Source: Alphaproteobacteria bacterium
GTDB taxonomy: Bacteria; Pseudomonadota; Alphaproteobacteria; RF32; CAG-239
Assembly (NCBI GenBank): GCA_017445475.1
Contig: JAFSUB010000005.1
Span: 20,124 to 84,123, forward strand
Length of the DNA: 64,000 nt
Reading direction: 5' to 3'
Shown here: piece by piece, positions 1-11,273 of the stretch
Position numbering within the stretch: the stretch's first letter is position 1
How the letters are laid out: every line of letters starts with the position of its first letter
Made by a program: the position numbers and the translations under genes
The notes under the pieces: model-generated
Seen by the model: the letters and a program-made list of their open reading frames with translations, nothing else
Told to the model about the DNA's origin: nothing
The model's database searches: none

Positions 1-872
1 GGTCAACAAAAAAAATCACAACGGCGATGAAACTTGTGGCGGCTTCGCGTTTAAGAAAAGCGCAAACGGCACTCGAAAAAAACAAAACTTATCAAAAGCT
101 TGTCGCAGATGCCGTGAAACGCATTTTGATTTCATATAAAAAAGAAGAAATCGAAAAGAAAACAAAACATATTCTGCCCAAAACTTTGGTGGAAAAGCAA
201 AACCCGAACACCTATCTGCTTGTTGTGTTTTCTTCCGAAAGAGGGTTGTGCGGCAGCTACAACCAAAATGTGGCCAAAGTGGCCGCAAATCGGTTTGATG
301 AACTGACAAAACAGGGCAAAAACGTGAAACTTATCTGCTATGGCAAAAAAGCCTATAATGCTTTGAAAAAAAACTTTGGCGCACACATTTTGGAACATGA
401 GCCTTCTTTTGCAAGCGGTGGCATTTTTTATCAGGAGGCGGTTGATATGCTTGAAAAAATGATGCATTATTATCAAGAGCAAAATTTTGATGTTTGCGAA
501 ATTGTGCACAGTCGGTTTCAATCGGCCTTGTCGCGGCAAATTGTTTCTCAGCGGCTTTACCCGATTGATGTGGCCTTAAATGAACATTCAGATGACATGC
601 TTGACCATGTGGGTGATGCTTATTTCGACTATAAACCTTCGCGCGAAGAATTGCTTGAAAAAGCCGCCTCGAAACTTTTGCTCGGACGTGTTTTTGAAGC
701 AATGCTCAACGCAGAAGCTTCCGAGCAGGGCGCGCGTATGACCGCTATGGATAACGCCACACAAAATGCTCAAGATATGATTTCGGATTTAACCTTAAAA
801 TACAACACACTTCGCCAATCGGCCATCACAACCGAGCTGAGCGAAATTATTTCGGGCGCCGAAGCGCTTTAA
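1..872 (+). CDS. atpG: F0F1 ATP synthase subunit gamma (5' end outside window; in-frame upstream codons STKKITTAMKLVAASRLRKAQ)
   Basis: ORF 27..872 is open in frame back to the window edge. N-terminal KLVAASRLRKAQ and C-terminal LTLKYNTLRQSAITTELSEIISGAEAL are typical of gamma. Followed by atpD. Confidence 0.9.
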   Translation, partial: STKKITTAMKLVAASRLRKAQTALEKNKTYQKLVADAVKRILISYKKEEIEKKTKHILPKTLVEKQNPNTYLLVVFSSERGLCGSYNQNVAKVAANRFDELTKQGKNVKLICYGKKAYNALKKNFGAHILEHEPSFASGGIFYQEAVDMLEKMMHYYQEQNFDVCEIVHSRFQSALSRQIVSQRLYPIDVALNEHSDDMLDHVGDAYFDYKPSREELLEKAASKLLLGRVFEAMLNAEASEQGARMTAMDNATQNAQDMISDLTLKYNTLRQSAITTELSEIISGAEAL

Positions 873-884
873 CAAAAAGGATGA

Positions 885-2369
<1,485 letters not shown>

Positions 2370-2375
2370 AGGAAA

Positions 2376-2639
2376 ATGACGATTAAGCTTGAAATATCTT
2401 TGCCTGACCGTGTTTACGCCACAGCAAGTGCCGACAAGGTTGTTTTACCCGTTAAAGAGGGAAATTTGACGGTTATTTTGGGGCGTGCACCACGTTCGCA
2501 GCTTTTAACCGAGGGCATTATTGCGCTTTTAGATGTGCAAAACAAAACTCTTCAAAGCTGGCGCATTGGCGGCGGCATTGCCGAAATTGCAAACGATGTA
2601 TGTAAGGTTGCCGTCGAACAAATTGAGCAAATTTTGTAA
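2376..2639 (+). CDS. atpC: ATP synthase epsilon subunit, short form (N-terminal beta-sandwich only, 87 aa)
   Basis: Immediately follows atpD. Sequence IKLEISLPDRVYATASADKVVLPVKEGNLTVILGRAP resembles the epsilon N-domain. The C-terminal two-helix domain is absent. Confidence 0.7.
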   Translation: MTIKLEISLPDRVYATASADKVVLPVKEGNLTVILGRAPRSQLLTEGIIALLDVQNKTLQSWRIGGGIAEIANDVCKVAVEQIEQIL

Positions 2640-2644
2640 AACAT

Positions 2645-2680
2645 ATCGCCCCAACAAAAACATTGGGGCGATGCGTTTTA
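2645..2680. terminator. Rho-independent terminator shared by convergent atpC and carD
   Basis: Inverted repeat ATCGCCCCA..TGGGGCGAT (2645-2653 / 2664-2672) followed by GCGTTTTA. Confidence 0.5.
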
Positions 2681-2692
2681 ATGAAGTTTATT

Positions 2693-3199
2693 TTACTTTG
2701 CAAGCATACTTAAAAGTTTTTTACCGGCTTCTTCAACAGATGTGTTGTCAAAAATTGCCACTTCGGAAGCCAAACGCTCAAAGGCTTGATCATATATCTG
2801 ACGCTCACTGTATGACTGTTCGGCCAAATTTTCACTGCGATACAAATCGCGCACAACTTCCGCAACAGCCACCGGATTTCCCGAATTGATTTTGTTTTCA
2901 TATTCTTGCGCACGCCTTGACCACATAATTTTTTTGACCTTCGCCTTGCCTTTTAAGGTTTCGAGCGCTTGATTGATGGTTGCGCTTTCGGAAATTTTGC
3001 GCAAACCGACCTGCTCAATCTTGGCAACCGGTATGCGAAGCGTCATTTTATCTTTGTCAAAATTAACAACCAACAATTCCAGCTCAGAACCGGCAATTGT
3101 TTGCTTTGAAATGTCCGAAATTTTGCCGACACCATGCGTCGGATAAACAACATATTCGCCGGAATTAAAAGAAACGGTTGGTAATTTTTTTGTGCTCAT
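2693..3199 (-). CDS. CarD/CdnL family transcriptional regulator (probable start at internal Met MSTKKLPT)
   Basis: YVVYPTHGVGKI N-terminal RNAP-interacting motif. Size and architecture of CarD_CdnL_TRCF proteins. Confidence 0.8.
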   Translation of the reverse strand: MSTKKLPTVSFNSGEYVVYPTHGVGKISDISKQTIAGSELELLVVNFDKDKMTLRIPVAKIEQVGLRKISESATINQALETLKGKAKVKKIMWSRRAQEYENKINSGNPVAVAEVVRDLYRSENLAEQSYSERQIYDQAFERLASEVAIFDNTSVEEAGKKLLSMLAK

Positions 3200-3288
3200 T
3201 TTCTTCACCTTTTGTTCTATTTTTCTACCAAAACAAATGGAGTGTATCACATTTTTTGGTTAAAATCTAGTCGAAAAATGAAAAAAAA

Positions 3289-3759
3289 TTAAATTTTTGG
3301 AAAAAGCCCCGTTTGCCGTAGGGCTTCACCCACAACCATAACCGCCGAAACCGCAACATTGATTGAGCGTGCTTTTTTTGTCATAGGAATTAAAAGGCGT
3401 GCATCGGCTGTTTGATGGACAATTTCAGGCACGCCGGCACTTTCTCTGCCCATTAAAATGATGTCGTTTTTTTCAAACTTAAAATCGGTATACGGCATTA
3501 AAGCGTGAGTCGTCAGCAAAACGATTCTGCCGTATTCTTCTTTGTTTTCCGCGCGGTATGCCAAAAAATCGTTCCACGAAGCGTGTCTTTTGTATGTTGC
3601 CATATCAAGATAGTCCATCCCCGCACGGCGCACCGATTTGTCAGCAAAGTTGAAACCGCAAGGTTCAATAATGTCAACAGGCAAATCAAGGCACGCCCCC
3701 AAACGAAGAAGCGTGCCTGTATTTTGTGCAATATCCGGCTGAAAAAGCGCCAATCGCAT
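3289..3759 (-). CDS. trmL: tRNA (cytidine/uridine-2'-O)-methyltransferase, SpoU/TrmL family
   Basis: 156 aa. SPOUT signature: LLTTHALMPYTDF, IILMGRESAGVP, LLIPM. Confidence 0.75.
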   Translation of the reverse strand: MRLALFQPDIAQNTGTLLRLGACLDLPVDIIEPCGFNFADKSVRRAGMDYLDMATYKRHASWNDFLAYRAENKEEYGRIVLLTTHALMPYTDFKFEKNDIILMGRESAGVPEIVHQTADARLLIPMTKKARSINVAVSAVMVVGEALRQTGLFPKI

Positions 3760-3761
3760 TG

Positions 3762-4262
3762 TCAGTTTTTGCCCTTTGCGGCAAGGCGCGCCGCATAAAC
3801 AGCCGAAAAATCAATCGGGTTTAGCATCACGGGCGGCAGACCGCCTTCCATTAAGCACTGTGCAATGATGTTTCTGGCAAACGGAAACAAAAGTGTCGGA
3901 ATATCAATGTTTAATATTGAATCAACGTGTTCCTCAGGTGCCTCCAAATCAAGAATTGCGGCATACGTCAGCTCTAAAATAAAAAGTTTTTGACCGTCAA
4001 CATCGCTGTTTAAGGCAAGCGTTAAGGCAACATCGTGCGTTAAATCGCCCAATTTTTCAGCCACAACATTTACATCAACCGTTAAGTGCGGTTGCGATGA
4101 AATGTTTTGAAAAAGTGTCGGCGCCGTCGGAATTTCAAATGATAAATCCTTAATATATTGGCTGCGAATCGCAAGCGACGGACTCTTGCTTTCTGTTGCG
4201 GCGGCTTGTTTTTGTGCTTTTTTTTGCTCTTGTTTCATTTTTGTTTCCCCTGTTGTAATCAT
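3762..4262 (-). CDS. secB: protein-export chaperone SecB
   Basis: SLAIRSQYIKDLSFEIPTAP and later tetramer-interface region are typical SecB. Conserved neighbourhood with tim44-like and mltA. Confidence 0.85.
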   Translation of the reverse strand: MITTGETKMKQEQKKAQKQAAATESKSPSLAIRSQYIKDLSFEIPTAPTLFQNISSQPHLTVDVNVVAEKLGDLTHDVALTLALNSDVDGQKLFILELTYAAILDLEAPEEHVDSILNIDIPTLLFPFARNIIAQCLMEGGLPPVMLNPIDFSAVYAARLAAKGKN

Positions 4263-4382
4263 ATAAACGATGACATCTATTTAGCGCAAATATTTTTCCG
4301 CGTCAAACAAAATATAACTGTTGATAAAATCAACAAAATACGTTATATATGTTTTAAGGTAAAAAAACTTGTAGGGAAAAGA

Positions 4383-5024
4383 ATGTCTGCGTATCTTGAT
4401 TTGATTTTTTTGGCACTGCTCGTGGTGATTGTTTTGCTTCGCTTAAACGGTGTGTTGGGCACAAGGCCCGAAAAAACACAGATTAAAATTGTGAGCAAAA
4501 AAGAATTTGAAAAAATTTATAATATGATTCAAAACGGCTTGGAAGAGGCTCAAACACGTGAAAAAGCGCATGTTCTCACGTCGCCTGTCGATCATATTTT
4601 GATTCAAATTCCGAATTTTAACAAAGCCTCGTTTATTAGGCGCGCCGCTCAAGTTTTTGAAATGCTGCTCACCGCATTTGCCAATCGCGACAAAGAAACG
4701 CTTAAAATGCTGACAGCCCCAAAGCTTTATGAAAAATTTGCGCAAATTATTGATGAACGCGAACAATTGAATATCACGGCCGAAACGGATTTGATTAAAA
4801 TTGAAGAGGCAACAATTGAAGACGCAAAAATCACCGGAAAGGGGCTTGCAAAAATTTGCGTTAAGTTTATCTCCGATCAAATCAATTTGCTTAAAAACGA
4901 CAAAGGCGAAGTGATTGAGGGCGACGAAAACTTTGTGCAGAAAATTACCGATGTGTGGACTTTTGAAAAACAACTTGGCAACCCCTCGCCCGTTTGGCTT
5001 TTAACATCGACAAAGAAAAAATAA
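4383..5024 (+). CDS. Tim44-like domain protein (N-terminal TM anchor)
   Basis: The ORF track start at 4158 overlaps secB and is low-complexity. ATG 4383 gives MSAYLDLIFLALLVVIVLL TM helix plus a Tim44-like C-domain. This gene is adjacent to secB in alphaproteobacteria. Confidence 0.7.
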   Translation: MSAYLDLIFLALLVVIVLLRLNGVLGTRPEKTQIKIVSKKEFEKIYNMIQNGLEEAQTREKAHVLTSPVDHILIQIPNFNKASFIRRAAQVFEMLLTAFANRDKETLKMLTAPKLYEKFAQIIDEREQLNITAETDLIKIEEATIEDAKITGKGLAKICVKFISDQINLLKNDKGEVIEGDENFVQKITDVWTFEKQLGNPSPVWLLTSTKKK

Positions 5025-6158
5025 ATGAACAGACTTTTGCCTTTTTTACTCGTTTTTTTTGTGTTTGCCTGCAAGATGGAAGAAAAGCCGAGGCAACCTG
5101 ATGTTTCTCTCGTTTTGCAGAAAAAATCTTTTGCAGACATAGAAAATTTTGAAAAAGACCGTTTTTTCGAAATCGGCGGTGCTTTTGAAAAAAGCTGCAA
5201 AGCCATCAGGCAAAAGCCGGCTTTGTTTTCTTCTTCTCAAATTAAGGTTGATGCAAAAAAAATGAGCGCGATTTGTGCAAAATTTGAAACTTTAAGCAAA
5301 AAAGACAACAAGAGTGTTCGAAAATTTATTGTTCAAAATTTTGAACCGTATTTAATTTATGCAAACGGTTCGACCTTTGGAAAATTTACGGCTTATTACG
5401 AAGCAGAGCTTAAGGCCTCGAAAACCAAACACGGAAAATATCAATATCCGATTTACGGCAAACCGAACGATTTGGTTGAAATCAACCTGAAAGATTTTGA
5501 TGAAAGCCTGCCAAACAAGCGGATTTTGGGCAGGGTTGAAAACAACAGGCTCATTCCCTATTTCACCCGAAGCGAAATTGAAAACGCGGGCATTGATGCA
5601 CCCGTGATTTTGTGGGGTGATGACAAGGTTGATATTTTTTTGATGCAAATTCAAGGTTCGGCCGTTGCGCTTTTGGACGACGGGACAACCGTGCGTGTCA
5701 GCTATGCCGACAACAACGGACACCGGTTTGTCGGAATCGGAAGCATTTTGCTTCAAAAGGGACTTTTGCAAAAAGGCGAGGCCTCGATGGATAAAATCAG
5801 AGATTGGCTCAAACAAAACCCGCAAATTGCCGATGTGAATATGAAAGAAAACCCGCGCTTTATTTTTCATAAAATATCCGGACAATCAGGTCCTGTCGGC
5901 GCGCTCGGTGTTCCCCTAACGGAAGGTCGGAGTTTGGCTGTTGATACAGACTATATTCCGCTTGGATCGCTTCTTTTCTTAAATACGACATCGCCAAACG
6001 GAAAGCCTTTGCAAAAGCTTGTTGCGGCGCAAGATATCGGCGCGGCGATTAAAGGGCCGATTCGCGGCGACTATTTTTGGGGCCATGGTGAAACAGCCCT
6101 TCTTCAAGCCGGAAAGATGAACGCTCAAGGCGAGCTCTACATTTTACTTCCGAGATAA
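5025..6158 (+). CDS. mltA: membrane-bound lytic murein transglycosylase A
   Basis: 377 aa. Signal/lipobox-like N-terminus. MltA and 3D-domain motifs (GQSGPVGALGVPLTEGRSLAVDTDYIPLGS). Confidence 0.8.
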   Translation: MNRLLPFLLVFFVFACKMEEKPRQPDVSLVLQKKSFADIENFEKDRFFEIGGAFEKSCKAIRQKPALFSSSQIKVDAKKMSAICAKFETLSKKDNKSVRKFIVQNFEPYLIYANGSTFGKFTAYYEAELKASKTKHGKYQYPIYGKPNDLVEINLKDFDESLPNKRILGRVENNRLIPYFTRSEIENAGIDAPVILWGDDKVDIFLMQIQGSAVALLDDGTTVRVSYADNNGHRFVGIGSILLQKGLLQKGEASMDKIRDWLKQNPQIADVNMKENPRFIFHKISGQSGPVGALGVPLTEGRSLAVDTDYIPLGSLLFLNTTSPNGKPLQKLVAAQDIGAAIKGPIRGDYFWGHGETALLQAGKMNAQGELYILLPR

Positions 6159-6162
6159 AACG

Positions 6163-6687
6163 ATGCTTGAAAAAGATGATGAAAAAGTTTGGAAAGAGGC
6201 GCTCGAAGGCGTGCAAAAATTAAGCCAACCTGATATTGTCCAAAGTCCAAAAAAGAAAGCCTTAAAAACAAGGCAAACGCAAAAAACCTTGCCCGCCGAT
6301 GTGCAACATTTTGACCGCAAACTTGAACTTGGCACATCATCTGATATTGACAAGCAAACGCTTCGCCGCTTTAAAAAAGAAGAAATGGGTGTTGAAGCAA
6401 CGCTTGATTTGCACGGCATGACTTTGGATCTTGCTTTTGAGGCTGTTTGCGGGTTTATCCTTAATGCATATCATCAGGGCAAAAGGGCGATTTTAATTAT
6501 CACCGGAAAGGGGCTTAATCCCGACAGCGCCGATATTTTTGAAACCAAAGGCGTTTTGCACAAAAGCGTGCCGCTTTGGCTTGAAAGCGAAAATTTGCGG
6601 GGGCTGATTTTAACCTATATCCATCCTTCTTCAAAGCTTGGCGGCGAAGGCGCTCTTTATCTTCTTATCAGGAAAAAACGCTCTTAA
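6163..6687 (+). CDS. Smr domain-containing protein
   Basis: C-terminal DLHGMTLDLAFEAV...ILIITGKG Smr signature. Follows mltA as in other alphaproteobacteria. Confidence 0.7.
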   Translation: MLEKDDEKVWKEALEGVQKLSQPDIVQSPKKKALKTRQTQKTLPADVQHFDRKLELGTSSDIDKQTLRRFKKEEMGVEATLDLHGMTLDLAFEAVCGFILNAYHQGKRAILIITGKGLNPDSADIFETKGVLHKSVPLWLESENLRGLILTYIHPSSKLGGEGALYLLIRKKRS

Positions 6688-7442
6688 ACCTTGTGCGGCA
6701 GGTGCGCATATATAAAATTGCTGATACAGTTGGGCAACACCGAAAGAAGATATGCCCCAAAGCGCATCAGCAAAGGAAAAGCAATCAGTCCCGTGTTTTT
6801 TTCAATGCCTCTTGCGATGATGGCGGCCGCTTTATCCGCTTCCATTAAAAACGGCATCGGACACGTGTTTTTATCGGTGATGCGCGAACGCACAAAACCG
6901 GGGCAAATCACATTGATCTGTATGCCTTCTTTTTGAAATGATGCCCGAAGAGCCTCGCCGTATGCTTTAACGCAGGCTTTGGTTGCGCTGTATGACGGAC
7001 ATGCCGCAAGCCCGTGATAGCCGGCAATTGAGGCTGTTATGGCAATTATTCTTTTATACCTATCTCTTCTGTATCGAAATATCTCAAGTGCCGGCATGAC
7101 GGTGTTCAAAACACCGAAAATATTTGTTTCAAATGTTGCATAGATGTTTTCGGGTGTTTCAAAGCCCGTTGATACGCCGGCATTTGCAAAAACAAGTTCA
7201 AGCGGCGCTGTTTGATCTGCCTTTTCAATCCAATTTTCCATTGCCTGTCGATCGGTTACATCTAAAACTTTTTCTTCAACCTTTGAGCCCAATGCGCGGC
7301 ATTTTTTCGCCACATTTTTCAAACGGTCCTGATTTCGGCCACACAAAAAAAGATTTTTTGCCCCGCTTTTGGCATAATAAATTGCCAAAGCTTCGCCGAT
7401 TCCCGATGATGCGCCGGTAATTAAGATGTTTCGTATCTTCAT
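6684..7442 (-). CDS. SDR family NAD(P)-dependent oxidoreductase
   Basis: TGASSGIG Rossmann motif, NAG, catalytic YxxxK (YSATKAC). Confidence 0.8.
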   Translation of the reverse strand: MKIRNILITGASSGIGEALAIYYAKSGAKNLFLCGRNQDRLKNVAKKCRALGSKVEEKVLDVTDRQAMENWIEKADQTAPLELVFANAGVSTGFETPENIYATFETNIFGVLNTVMPALEIFRYRRDRYKRIIAITASIAGYHGLAACPSYSATKACVKAYGEALRASFQKEGIQINVICPGFVRSRITDKNTCPMPFLMEADKAAAIIARGIEKNTGLIAFPLLMRFGAYLLSVLPNCISNFIYAHLPHKV

Positions 7443-7518
7443 TGCAGTTTTCCTTTAAGTAAATCTTTAACATATTTGTTTTAGGATAACACAAAAATAT
7501 CAGAAAAGGAGATTTTTT

Positions 7519-8421
7519 TTGAACATATTAAGTATGACCGGTTTTGCAAGACACACAGGCGAAATTAAAACACCGACATCATCATATGATTTTTGCTTTG
7601 AGCTCAAAAGCGTGAATGCCAAGGGGCTTGACATTAAAATCAGGCTGCCTTTAATGCTTGAAAGTTTGGAGGGCACGCTGAAATCCAAAATAAGCCAAAA
7701 ATTTTCGCGCGGCACAGTCGGCGTTTCGCTTAGCCTGCAAAACCAAAATCCATGCTCGGAAATTAAAATTGATACTGATTTTCTGGCTTTTTTGGCGCAA
7801 AATGCCAAAGAGATATATTTGAGTAATCCACAGGTTTTTGAAAAGCCCTCGCCCGCCGAACTCTTAAATGTTTCGGGCGTTATCAAACATCAGGACACAT
7901 CGTTAAACGAAGCCTCTTTTGAGGCTCTGAAAGCCGAACTTTCAAAAGCTTTTGACGAAGCGCTTGAAAAACTTTATCAAGACCGATTAAGCGAGGGCGA
8001 AAAGATGTGTGCCGCACTACTCAAAACGCTTGATGACATCGAGCTCAAAATTTTAAGTGCCGAACAAATTGCCTTGAATACAGCCGAAACGATTCGGCAA
8101 AAAGTTTTGGCTGAGGTTGAAGAATATCTTACAAACACTGCCGTTTCGCCCGAGCGCTTGGAACAGGAAATTTTGTTTTATGTTTTGCGTGCCGACGTTA
8201 AAGAAGAAACAGATCGCCTGAAAGCCCACGTTTTAAGCGCCCGCGAAATTTTCAAAAACGGCGGTGCTGTCGGCAGAAGACTCGACTTTTTGTGCCAAGA
8301 ACTCAATCGCGAGGCAAACACCTTGTGTTCAAAATCAATGGATTTAGATTTAACAAAGGCCGGTATGGACTTAAAAGCCTTAATTGAACAATTTAGGGAA
8401 CAAGTGCAAAATATGGAGTAA
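7519..8421 (+). CDS. YicC family stress-induced protein
   Basis: MTGFAR N-terminus and C-terminal DUF1732-like region. Upstream of gmk, as is usual. Confidence 0.8.
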   Translation: MNILSMTGFARHTGEIKTPTSSYDFCFELKSVNAKGLDIKIRLPLMLESLEGTLKSKISQKFSRGTVGVSLSLQNQNPCSEIKIDTDFLAFLAQNAKEIYLSNPQVFEKPSPAELLNVSGVIKHQDTSLNEASFEALKAELSKAFDEALEKLYQDRLSEGEKMCAALLKTLDDIELKILSAEQIALNTAETIRQKVLAEVEEYLTNTAVSPERLEQEILFYVLRADVKEETDRLKAHVLSAREIFKNGGAVGRRLDFLCQELNREANTLCSKSMDLDLTKAGMDLKALIEQFREQVQNME

Positions 8422-8429
8422 AAAACGCA

Positions 8430-9098
8430 ATGGCAGATATTATCGATTTTTTAAATAGAACGCGACAAGGCGTGATGTTTGTGATTGAGGCCCCGTCGGG
8501 CACAGGCAAAACAACCATTATCAAAGAACTTTTAAGGCAAGATAAAAATCTGAAATTTTCGGTTTCGGTTACAACCCGCAAAAAAAGAGAAGGCGAACTT
8601 GAGGGCGTGGATTATTATTACATCTCCGATGATGAGTATGACAAGCTCTTAAAACAAGACGCCTTTTACGAATATGTCGATTCGCAATACGGCAACCGTT
8701 ACGGCACCTTAAAATCGGAAGTTGACGGTTTTATCAACACCGGACAAGACGTTATCTTTGATATGGACTGGATTGGCATGCACCAAATTAAAAGCAAAGC
8801 CAAGAGCAAGGTTGTGTCAATCTATCTGTTGCCGCCGTCAATCAAAGAAGTAAAAAAACGGCTTGAACACAGAGGCACCGACAGCGTTGATGTGATTGCG
8901 CAGCGCATGTCCGTTATCGGCGAAAAAATCAAACACTGGAACGAATTTGACTATGTGCTTGTTAATGCTGATTTGAAAGAAACAATCGAAAATATTCAAA
9001 ACATTATTTCGGCGGAAAGATTGAAGCGCAGACGCCAAAGGGGCTTAAAGACTTTTGTGGGGCAGCTCATCAAAGAAGCTCAAAGCGAACAATTTTAA
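8430..9098 (+). CDS. gmk: guanylate kinase
   Basis: APSGTGKTT P-loop. YYYISDDEYDKLLKQDAFYEY GMP-binding region. Confidence 0.9.
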   Translation: MADIIDFLNRTRQGVMFVIEAPSGTGKTTIIKELLRQDKNLKFSVSVTTRKKREGELEGVDYYYISDDEYDKLLKQDAFYEYVDSQYGNRYGTLKSEVDGFINTGQDVIFDMDWIGMHQIKSKAKSKVVSIYLLPPSIKEVKKRLEHRGTDSVDVIAQRMSVIGEKIKHWNEFDYVLVNADLKETIENIQNIISAERLKRRRQRGLKTFVGQLIKEAQSEQF

Positions 9099-9112
9099 CA
9101 AAGGCGGAAAAC

Positions 9113-10048
9113 ATGGCAAAAATTTATCAATCCGTTGAAGAACTTGTCGGCGACACACCTCTTTTAAGGCTCAAAACTGTTGAAAAAGCGTGTCGGCTTA
9201 AGGCAAAACTGTTTGGAAAATGCGAGTGTTTTAATCCGGCTTTTTCAATTAAAGACCGAATCGCTAAAAATATGCTTGAAAAAGTGCCTTTTACAAAAAT
9301 CGGAAAAGACACGGTTTTTGTTGAGGCAACATCGGGAAATACAGGTATCGGGCTGGCCGCGATGTGTGCGGCAAAAGGTTATAAGCTTGTGATTATTATG
9401 CCCGAAAATATGAGCATTGAGCGTGTTAAGCTCATTCGCCATTTTGGCGCCGAGGTTATTTTAACGCCCAAAGAAGACGGTATGAAAGGTGCGATTCAAA
9501 AAGCGCAGATTTTGGCCGATAAAAACAAAAACGTGATTATCTTAAATCAATTTGAAAACGAGGCAAACCCCGAAGCGCACAGCTTGGGCACGGCGTCTGA
9601 AATTTTAGAGGCAACACAAGGCAACATTGACGTTTTGGTTGCGGGAATCGGAACGGCCGGAACAATTACCGGTATCAGCCGCGTTTTGAAAACGTATAAT
9701 CCTGACTTATATGTGATTGGGGTTGAACCGCTTTCAAGCCCCGTTTTAAGCGGCGGACAGGCCGGTGCACACAAAATTGCCGGCATAGGCGCAAATTTTG
9801 TGCCGCCGTTTTATGATAAAAATCTTGTCGATGAAATTATTGCCGTTTCAGATTCGGACGCATTTGAAAACGCAAAAAAATGTGCCTCAAGTGTTGGGCT
9901 TGCCATCGGCATATCATCCGGTGCCGCATTAAAAGCCGCAATTTCGTATGCAAAGCGCGATGAGGCAAAAAATAAAAATATTGTGGTTATCTTTCCCGAC
10001 TCGATTGAGAGATATCTTTCATTGAGTTATTTTAAGGACAACACATAA
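9113..10048 (+). CDS. cysK: cysteine synthase A (PLP-dependent)
   Basis: SIKDR PLP lysine motif. TSGNTGIGLA, GIGTAGTITG. Confidence 0.85.
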   Translation: MAKIYQSVEELVGDTPLLRLKTVEKACRLKAKLFGKCECFNPAFSIKDRIAKNMLEKVPFTKIGKDTVFVEATSGNTGIGLAAMCAAKGYKLVIIMPENMSIERVKLIRHFGAEVILTPKEDGMKGAIQKAQILADKNKNVIILNQFENEANPEAHSLGTASEILEATQGNIDVLVAGIGTAGTITGISRVLKTYNPDLYVIGVEPLSSPVLSGGQAGAHKIAGIGANFVPPFYDKNLVDEIIAVSDSDAFENAKKCASSVGLAIGISSGAALKAAISYAKRDEAKNKNIVVIFPDSIERYLSLSYFKDNT

Positions 10049-10065
10049 CGGACACAAAAAGGAAT

Positions 10066-11178
10066 TTGATGAAGTTTAACTCAATACTCGGGCGCTATTT
10101 ATCCAAACAAATCGTCGTTACGTTTTTGATGGTTCTGGCCGCCATTGCGGGCGTGATTATGATGTTTGACGCCATTGAGGCCTTGCGCCGCATTTCCGGA
10201 CGCGATGATACGGGTATGAATTATGTGATTAAATACGCCATCACAAAATTGCCCGAAACCATTGATAAGGTTTTGCCGTTTGTGATGATGGTTGCCGCAA
10301 TGATTTGCTTTTGGCGGGCAAGCAAACACAACGAATATGTCATTATCAGAGCATCGGGCGTGTCGATATGGGGTTTTTTATATCCCGTTTTGGCCGCCGT
10401 GTTTGTTCTCGGGGCATTAAACATTGCGCTTATCAACCCGATATCTTCAAAAATGTATGAAATGCACGCCACATTAAAATATCGGTTTATCACACGCGAT
10501 CCAAGCGCCATGCTTTTTTCAAGCAAGGGTTTGTGGATTAGGGAAGCCCTAAATAAAGATCAAGTGCTTGTTGTTAAGGCAAAATCCTTAAAACAAGAAA
10601 AAGATGAAACGCTTTCCATGCAAGACATCAGCATTATCGAAATGGACAGAAACTCTCAAATTACGCAACGCATTGAAGGTTTGGTCGGCGCACTTAAAAA
10701 CAAAACCTTTAAGTTGCGCGGGGTGCAGATTTTTAAAAGCGGCCAAAAAACTTTAACCTTGCCGACGTATGAGTATAAAACAACCATTACACCTCAACGC
10801 ATTAAAGAAAATTTTGTTGATCCGGACGCCATTTCGTTTTGGGAATTGCCCGACACAATCAAGTTTTACGAATCGTCGGGTTTTTCGGCGGCAAGGCACC
10901 AAATGCGCTATCTCTCGCTTTGGGCGTCGCCGTTTTTGCTGGTGGCTATGGTTTTGGTTTCCGCGCTGTTTTCACTGATGCCGAGTGTGCGTCAGGGCGG
11001 CGTTGTTGTTATGATTACAACCGGTATTGTCGTCGGTTTTGTTGTTTATTTCAGCTCGCAGCTTATTTATGCCTTCGGGCTTAATGGCTATATTCCGATT
11101 TGGCTGGCGGTTTGGTCTCCGACAATTATTGTTTTGCTTTTATCCGTTACGGCCATGCTCATTAAGGAAGAGGGCTAA
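10066..11178 (+). CDS. LptF/LptG family LPS export permease (YjgP/YjgQ)
   Basis: 370 aa, six predicted TM segments with a large periplasmic loop. YjgP/YjgQ architecture. Confidence 0.75.
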   Translation: MMKFNSILGRYLSKQIVVTFLMVLAAIAGVIMMFDAIEALRRISGRDDTGMNYVIKYAITKLPETIDKVLPFVMMVAAMICFWRASKHNEYVIIRASGVSIWGFLYPVLAAVFVLGALNIALINPISSKMYEMHATLKYRFITRDPSAMLFSSKGLWIREALNKDQVLVVKAKSLKQEKDETLSMQDISIIEMDRNSQITQRIEGLVGALKNKTFKLRGVQIFKSGQKTLTLPTYEYKTTITPQRIKENFVDPDAISFWELPDTIKFYESSGFSAARHQMRYLSLWASPFLLVAMVLVSALFSLMPSVRQGGVVVMITTGIVVGFVVYFSSQLIYAFGLNGYIPIWLAVWSPTIIVLLLSVTAMLIKEEG

Positions 11179-11273
11179 AAAGCACTTTTTATGTGAACAT
11201 ATTTAAAAACCGTTGAAATGTCGACAAATAAGCTTAAAATAGGTTTCATGTATTGATATAAAGGTTTAAGAAC

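Noticed and set aside
4158-4382. N-terminal 75-aa extension of the Tim44-like ORF overlapping secB
   Set aside because: Overlaps 100 nt of secB on the opposite strand and has Cys/Phe/Leu low-complexity composition. ATG 4383 yields a clean TM anchor.
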